In this document: one piece after another, positions 57,521 through 64,000 of the stretch
Layout of the letters: each line of letters begins with the position of its first letter
How positions within the stretch are numbered: position 1 is the stretch's first letter
NCBI GenBank assembly: GCA_027923505.1
Contig: BROI01000031.1
Location: forward strand, 62,001-126,000
Source: Mayamaea pseudoterrestris
Taxonomy: Eukaryota
DNA length: 64,000 nt
Direction of reading: 5' to 3'
Program-made: the position numbers and the translations under genes
Notes under the pieces: model-generated
What the model was told of the DNA's origin: nothing
The model's database searches: none
Seen by the model: the letters and a program-made list of their open reading frames with translations, nothing else

Positions 57521-58689
57521 TATCGTTGTCCGATGGATGGAACGGCAGCTACTCCGGCAGCCAGTCACTTGTTTCAGATATCGGAAAATCCTGTCATGTT
57601 GAGCGAAGCGAAGAAGCAGAGATTTTTGTGACGATTGTGATGCAGTGTCTGTATCTGAGTCAGCGAGCGCGACCGGATATTCGCACAGCGATTTCTTTCT
57701 TGAGCACGAGGCTGCAGCAGCCTGACGAAGACGACTATAAGAAGGCTGCAAGAGTGATTAAATATTTACGCGGAAGCGTGGACATGGTGTTGACGCTGAA
57801 GGCGGACCAGTCCGGGATAGTCCAGTGGTGGGTGGATGCGTCGTACGCGGTGCACCCAGACATGAAGGGTCACACTGGTGGAACAATGACACTTGGCCAA
57901 GGATCAGTGTACAGTACGTCGGCTAAACAGAAGTTGGTAACAAGAAGCTCGACGAGCGAAGTTGTGGGAGTTCATGATGTACTCGCGGTTGCTGTGGACA
58001 GGATATTTTCTGAAGGCGCAAGGTTTCGGGGTCAAAGACACGAAATTGTATCAAGACAATATGAGTTCAATGCTGTTGGAAAAGAATGGCAGAAGCTCAA
58101 GTACAAAGCGCACGCGACACATGAATGTTCGGTACTTCTTTGTGAAAGATCGCGTGGCAGCTGGTGAAGTCAACATTGAGCATTGTCCGACCGGAGACAT
58201 GGTCGCGGATTTCTTCACGAAACCATTGCAGGGAGCCCAGTTTGGCAAGCTCCGCAACCTGGTTATGAATCTGGCCTCGAGCAGTAAGTACTACTCGGCC
58301 CAAAGGAGTGTGTTGAGCATGGATGAGAACCCAAACCGAAGCGGCAGCGGTGACGTCACGAAGACGGTCACATTTAAGTAAGCGCGGTAAGCGGCAACCG
58401 AAGGAGTGGATCGAGGACGATCACTTCTTGGAGAAAATAAGTAAAGTGGTTTTATTGACTCTGTTCTGCTTAATCATTAGTGTCGCTTCAAGGGCGCGCA
58501 AGATATATTCTAGATCCAACAAGCGGCAAGATTGTGGCGGCTTGATCGAGTCACGGATCTTTCGTCGAGTCACGGATAAAGCGCGCGCCCGCGCCAGCAA
58601 ATCGCAGCGGTTATGAATGCGACATGTCTTATGTTTCGTCGTCAAGCATCACAATGGCGGCAATCTGCACGAGTAGCGAGCACTTAACA
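57521..58689 (+). mobile_element. 3' portion of a different copia family (end of RT, RNase H, PPT, 3' LTR 58311-58689)
   Basis: RARPDIRTAISFL, WWVDASYAVHPDMKGHTGG, KQKLVTRSS, YQDNMS, KRTRHMNVRYFFVKD, MVADFFTKPLQG. AAAGGAGTG is followed by TGTTGAG...CTTAACA. Confidence 0.9.
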
Positions 58690-58995
58690 AGTAGTATACT
58701 GCCCTATATGCCTATTCATTCTTCACTTGTTGCATTGTATCTTTTTTGTTTCTGTACGCATCAAGTCTCGACGAGCCTGCTTGCTCATTCGAGCTCGACG
58801 ACTACCGTAGCAAGCAAGCTCATCTTTGAATCCGACGACCAGTCCTTGATTGGATTTGCGACGCCAAACCAGTCTCTTCCTATTAGTCATAAACTTGGTG
58901 AGGGCTATTAATATACAAAAGACTATTTTACAAAAGGTAACTTTGGAGCATCTCGTCGGCTCACACAAAATATAGCAATTCTCTTAAAGCAATCA

Positions 58996-61900
58996 TCACG
59001 TCGTCGTTGTTCCATCGGCAAAGACGCACTGGGAAGGATTCGACAGACTGCAACATGAATCATAGGCAATCTGCCTGTACCCCGACGGACAAACGTTTGG
59101 ATCGTAGTCGGCAACGGCGTTACTGCAAAAGGCGCCACTGGCACCGCCGCATTGAGTTGCTTGGATGCGAAACGATGCGTAGCCAAAGTTGACGAGTTTC
59201 ACGTTGGCGCGATCGAAGCGAGGAACGGCGTAGTTGATATTGTCGCGCGTCAGCGTGTTCCACGACGGCACGCCCAGCCAGTTTGGATCTCCCGTCCAGG
59301 TGCGAGTGACGAAGAGACGCAGCGTCAAGACGCCGTTCGAGTCAACGTGGTATGTATTGCCGTCACCGTTGCGGACCAGGTCGACCGAGTTGACAGCCGT
59401 CATGACTTCGCGGCAGGAGATGGAGCCGTCGCGAGGTTTGCACCAGCTCTCGGCGTTGGCTGTCACTGTGAATACTGTGCCGACTGGATAGGCGATGCTC
59501 AACAACAGCATGTTGTTCGGAGCAACTTCAATCTCTGTCATATTCAAGTCGCGAGGGGCTCCGCCGTTTAGTTTCAAGACCCAGCCGTAGCCTCCGACCA
59601 TGCCAGTTGTATCCGGATTGGCCGTGACGGGCATGCCTGGACCAGCGCCCGACTGAGAGGGACTAAACTTGTATCCCAAATGGCGAAGGTATCCTTGGAT
59701 GGGACACGGTCCAGGATCGCCATTGAAGCAGTAGTCAACGTCAGTCCCTGCATGCAACGCTTCGTCCCACGAGAAACGAACACTGGCCAAGCCTCGATCC
59801 GGCCCATTGTTCTTTTTGATAAAGCTGACTGGACCTTGCTCGTCAAACACGACATCATCATCAACACCCCACCAATCCTTGACACTGTCAAGCCCCGAAG
59901 CAATGAACGCTGGTTCGTTCAAGCCCGACGCTGATCCATCAACGTCAATCCAGTTTTGGCAGCGACCGCTGACCGTGTCATGATCATCGACCGTGTATCG
60001 AAAGCGCCGACCGCAGTCGGTGAACGTGAGCCCCTTGGTGGCCTGCATCACTTCTGGAATGTTGCTATCGGAATGAGTGACAAAGCCAAACGTGGTGGAT
60101 GTGTCGCTGCAACCCTTGGCAATGTCGGAGCTATCGCCGCAGCCACGAGTGGGCGAAGTGTCATATTGGTCGTAGTCGGCGGAGCGATATCCACAATTCT
60201 CAAAGACGGCGTTGGAAATGATGTGACTCTGGGTGGTGTCGTACCAGTTGAAGCCGCTCCCCTCCAAGTTACCTGCGGAACCTGGCGATGGAATGCCTAG
60301 ATCTTGGCCAGTGCGGCATGCTGCGTAAAAGTTGTCGAGCCAGAAACCCTTGGAAAGTGCTTCAATCGCTAGCCGCTGGTCATGCGCTTCAAAGCCTTTG
60401 ACGTTTAGCATGCCGCTCCATGAGTTGAGGCCGACGCCAGCAGTGAGAAAAGTCTTGGTGTTTGTAAGGTTGATTGGTCGATCGTTTTCTTCCCTGCATT
60501 TGCAGCTGCCCCCGACGCAGTCGTTGTAAATGGCGCAAGGCATGCGAGCGCCACGGCCAAAGTCGACACGGCCTGCGGAATAGCGCAGATTGCCATCAGA
60601 TTTGTAGTAAAAGGTACCGCCCAAGTAAAAACCTGCGGCATGCTTCCACCAGAAGCCAGTCGAATGGGCCGTGTTGCCGTCAATGGTTAGTCCGTTGGCG
60701 CTTCCGGGACGCAGCATGACCTTTTTGTGCAGACCGAGCGGCGTGTCAAGTACCGGAAATGCGAATCCAGCCCAGCCACCCGAAGCTGCGTTGCCGATAA
60801 TGTTGTTGTGCACGTTGGGTATGTAAAAGCCAGATGCTGCCACGTCTGCTGGGTTTGTCAGCTCTACACCGACTGCTGCCGTCTGATCATAGTCACTGGT
60901 GCGTTGACTAGGACCCGTCGGAAGGTCCGGACCAATGGTGTGAATGTGCGCTGCGAGGTTGAAGGAAATTGTATTGTCCTCTTCCACGCCATCTTCCAAG
61001 TAATAACAATATCCGGTGACATCAAAAGCTACATTCTCGGAGACAGTCGCCTTGTTGGTGCCATGTACTGAAATGCAGCGATAAAAGGATCGCTGGATGG
61101 AAGAGTCGCGAAAATAGCAGGACGGGCAGTCGCCGAGCAAATGGAAATGCATTGGATAACGGCCCAGAACGTTGGTTTGTCCCATGCGATACAATTGAAT
61201 GCCTTCAACTTGCGCAGTGCCGGTGCCAGTCACCATGACATGCCCACCGTAACCAGTTTGTTGCCGACCCATGCATGGCGCAGTCATGTTGTAGTAAAAG
61301 CTCCACGGGTCGTAGCCGCTTGTACGGCAGGTGAGTGGGTCCAAGTCGGTCGGCTCAGAGTCGGTCGAAGCACCTTGAATCTTTATGGTTCGCGTAATCA
61401 AGCCAGCTTCGACTTGGTAATACCGATTGGCGGTATGCTTGTATTGGACTGGCCGCTGCAGATATACCACTGCACCAACACCAGTCGGAGGGGTTGTTGC
61501 AAGTCGATCAACCGTCACAATTTCATTCTGATGGTAGGAGCGAGAGTCGTAAATGATACTCGTTGTCAGAATTACCTTTTGATTTCGCTCCCAGTTGACG
61601 GGCCGCTGCAACAGCAAAACGCTTTCGCCCGGTTGAATCGTCTTGGCGAGACGCGACCAGGTGGAGTAGTAGCGCTTGCCATGCAAACTGAGCGTGCCAG
61701 TCACGTAAATGCCTTTAACGGAAGGACTCGGCACTACCTGGACTGCGTTGGATGGTCGCTTGCCCCAAAGCGTAATTGTTACTGGCGTTTCAATCCGACA
61801 GGTTTCGCTTCCAATCGTAAGCTTGCCCTTGACGGTCATGCCCTTGACCATTAAGGAAATTCCGTTGGTATTCTCTCCAATAATCAATTCACTCGAGGCA

Positions 61901-62451
61901 GGAACCGTAATAATACCTAGTTTCTCCACCACCTTTTGCAACACGACGACCTTGGTGTTGATTGGCAGTGTCACGTACGCCCCTGCCTTGGGGATGGTTG
62001 CGTTTGGCCAAATGCTGGCGTCATGCCAACTCTTCAATCCAGTCTGCAAGTGCGGGCAATTGGTGCGCGCCGCGTTTTGCACGAGCCGTGGTGTCGGTGG
62101 ATCGGGCAGTGAAACAACCTTAGAGTTACTCGTTGTCGTAATATAAGGACCTGGCGGAATGGGTGGCAGCAACGCGCGAGCTTGGCCAACAATATCAGCA
62201 GTAGTATCAATACTCGCTTGACACTTGCGTCGACATTGGTCGCGACAAATCTGCCGGAGGCGTTTACCGGAACGCAAGTCAAAAAGTGAGCAAAGCTGCC
62301 TGGGATTTTGTTGGACTTTGCGGCAGCGGAGAGACTGCTTCGTCGAGTCGACTTGAATGAGGACACGCTGGTTTGGACTATTGCCGCATGCTTGCGTTGA
62401 GTGTAAGATGATTGATAAACAAATGAGGATGAGTGCATGCTGGTGTGTCAT
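58996..62451 (-). CDS. Secreted G8-domain / beta-helix protein (TMEM2/CEMIP/PKHD1L1-like family)
   Basis: Uninterrupted 1151-aa ORF with a signal-peptide-like start. G8-like region (WHDASIW...VKGKLTIGSETC..ITLWG) and family motifs GGHVMV, MGQTNVLGRYPMHFH, RCISVHGT, GYCYYLEDGVEEDN. Confidence 0.9.
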   Translation of the reverse strand: MTHQHALILICLSIILHSTQACGNSPNQRVLIQVDSTKQSLRCRKVQQNPRQLCSLFDLRSGKRLRQICRDQCRRKCQASIDTTADIVGQARALLPPIPPGPYITTTSNSKVVSLPDPPTPRLVQNAARTNCPHLQTGLKSWHDASIWPNATIPKAGAYVTLPINTKVVVLQKVVEKLGIITVPASSELIIGENTNGISLMVKGMTVKGKLTIGSETCRIETPVTITLWGKRPSNAVQVVPSPSVKGIYVTGTLSLHGKRYYSTWSRLAKTIQPGESVLLLQRPVNWERNQKVILTTSIIYDSRSYHQNEIVTVDRLATTPPTGVGAVVYLQRPVQYKHTANRYYQVEAGLITRTIKIQGASTDSEPTDLDPLTCRTSGYDPWSFYYNMTAPCMGRQQTGYGGHVMVTGTGTAQVEGIQLYRMGQTNVLGRYPMHFHLLGDCPSCYFRDSSIQRSFYRCISVHGTNKATVSENVAFDVTGYCYYLEDGVEEDNTISFNLAAHIHTIGPDLPTGPSQRTSDYDQTAAVGVELTNPADVAASGFYIPNVHNNIIGNAASGGWAGFAFPVLDTPLGLHKKVMLRPGSANGLTIDGNTAHSTGFWWKHAAGFYLGGTFYYKSDGNLRYSAGRVDFGRGARMPCAIYNDCVGGSCKCREENDRPINLTNTKTFLTAGVGLNSWSGMLNVKGFEAHDQRLAIEALSKGFWLDNFYAACRTGQDLGIPSPGSAGNLEGSGFNWYDTTQSHIISNAVFENCGYRSADYDQYDTSPTRGCGDSSDIAKGCSDTSTTFGFVTHSDSNIPEVMQATKGLTFTDCGRRFRYTVDDHDTVSGRCQNWIDVDGSASGLNEPAFIASGLDSVKDWWGVDDDVVFDEQGPVSFIKKNNGPDRGLASVRFSWDEALHAGTDVDYCFNGDPGPCPIQGYLRHLGYKFSPSQSGAGPGMPVTANPDTTGMVGGYGWVLKLNGGAPRDLNMTEIEVAPNNMLLLSIAYPVGTVFTVTANAESWCKPRDGSISCREVMTAVNSVDLVRNGDGNTYHVDSNGVLTLRLFVTRTWTGDPNWLGVPSWNTLTRDNINYAVPRFDRANVKLVNFGYASFRIQATQCGGASGAFCSNAVADYDPNVCPSGYRQIAYDSCCSLSNPSQCVFADGTTTT

Positions 62452-63097
62452 TCTGGCCTTGTCGTGTCGGTCGCGGTGAAATGATGGTGGAAGCGTGAGA
62501 TGCTTGTATGGCGTGAACGTTGATCACAGCGGGCTGTCGCTTCGCATGAATTGCGTTTGTGGTTGAATGACAGCAGCAACAGAATAATGCTAAATTGAAT
62601 GACTTGCCGCAAGCGGTCCCGCAATGTTTCTGGGCCTGACCAATTCCGCGCGGTTTGTGAGTCGAACGTCTACCCCAATAATCCTGAAGTAGGCTTTGCG
62701 TGATCGTAGAATGTCTTATGCCTTCAACAGCGAGTGGGATTATGCTGGTTGTTGTTCGCCGCAATTTTACTATCTTGGGTCATTGTCGTGAGTAAAATTG
62801 GTTTTGGGAAAACAGCCATGGCTCACGGGAAGCGTCTTGGGCCGCATTCGTGAATACTATAGCAGTCACGTATCGTATCGTACCGGTATGAATAAGGTTA
62901 GTTAGCTAATGATAACTCGATCTCTAACTATCTCGTTCGAAATAAGATTCGGCGAGATTCGACCGCGCTGGCGCGCGCTTGCGCAGGTGCGGAGGCAGCG
63001 CACCACGAGAATCTTGGACGAGCTGTTCTGTGGCAGCAGCTTCCTTTGCAAATTGAAACAGTAGCAGCAGTAGATTCTTTTGCGACACTCTTTTTAG

Positions 63098-64000
63098 ATG
63101 AAGTACGGAGAACATTTAAAGGCGAACATTGCGCCCGAGTATGGACCGGATGTTTACTTGCAGTATGAGACGCTCGATCAAACCATTTCGCAACTGGCAA
63201 AGGTCAAGCCGTCGAGGTATGTTTCTTTGATGTGATAAAATTTTTGCATGGAACGAGTGAATGATATTGATGTCTCAATTCATTTCCCTCCCTATTTCTT
63301 CATCATCATCCAGCGCCATTGAGAACAATCGCGTCGTGAGCATGACGGCGCCTCCGCAAACCAACGCGCAGGGCCTCGACACGTCGCACGTGGACGTGAC
63401 GGAGGAACACTTTCTGCGCCTCTTGGAGTCGGAAATGATCAAGGTGGAAACGTTTACCTTGGAAAAGGTCACGGAGCTGCGCAACAAGATTTCCGAAACG
63501 GAACTCAAGATCAACGACGCCAAGCGATTCCAGCCGGCGCAAGTGTTGGTGGCGGCGGATGAAATTGCCAATGACTTTTTGCGGCTCGAAATGTATGTCA
63601 ATATTAATTTCATGGGCTTTCACAAGATTTTGAAAAAGCACGACAAGAACCTTCCCAACTTGGCCTGCAAGGCTTTTTACGTGAATCGTTTGCACGCGCA
63701 AGCCTGGGTGCGCGGCGACTACTCGGACATTGTCGTGCGGCTGTCCAACATTTACGCCACCTGCCGCGAGGATCACGTGGCGCAGGAAGCCGACCAGGCG
63801 ACGCAGTCCTTTAGCCGCAGCACGAGCAAGTATTGGGTCAAGACGGAGGATGTTTCGCGCGTCAAGTACGCCGTGCTAAGGCACTTGCCAGTCTTTTTGC
63901 AAAAGACGTCGACGGGGGAGTCGGATAGTCAGTTTACGAATAGTGTTTATGTTGATAATGATCAGTTGGAGTTGTATCATGGGCGATTGGAAAAGTTGCC
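63098..64000 (+). CDS. VTC4: Vacuolar transporter chaperone / polyphosphate polymerase (SPX + VTC domains), partial; intron 63217-63313
   Basis: Exon 1: MKYGEHLKANIAPEYGPDVYLQYETL. Exon 2: NINFMGFHKILKKHDK (SPX), FSRSTSKYWVK, LRHLPV, NSVYVDNDQLELYHGRLEK (VTC). The GTATGT...CAG intron restores the frame. Confidence 0.9.

Noticed and set aside
58700..58911. Possible terminal exon of a gene disrupted by the copia insertion
   Set aside because: Short, with no recognisable homology and no matching upstream exon identified.

Overview
Eukaryotic DNA, most likely from a diatom (inferred from GT-AG introns, CoDi-like Ty1/copia and an Ambal-like LINE). Ordinary genes sit at both ends: a secreted Pro/Thr-rich protein running off the left edge, and a G8-domain protein plus a VTC4-like gene at the right. 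Between them lies a ~55 kb repeat island. It holds, in order: a divergent kinase-like gene; a tyrosine recombinase with one nonsense codon; an 8.2-kb array of ~47 copies of a 172-bp monomer; an APE-RT non-LTR retrotransposon abutting that array and fused at its broken 3' end to a chromodomain-bearing copia; a mosaic of decayed copia pieces and duplicated intron-containing coiled-coil genes; a tRNA-like element lacking an anticodon arm; a second, broken kinase gene; an inverted second copy of the copia; and the 3' end of another copia family. Many frameshifts fall in homopolymers and may be long-read consensus errors. Coordinates were read by eye, and those marked ~ are approximate.
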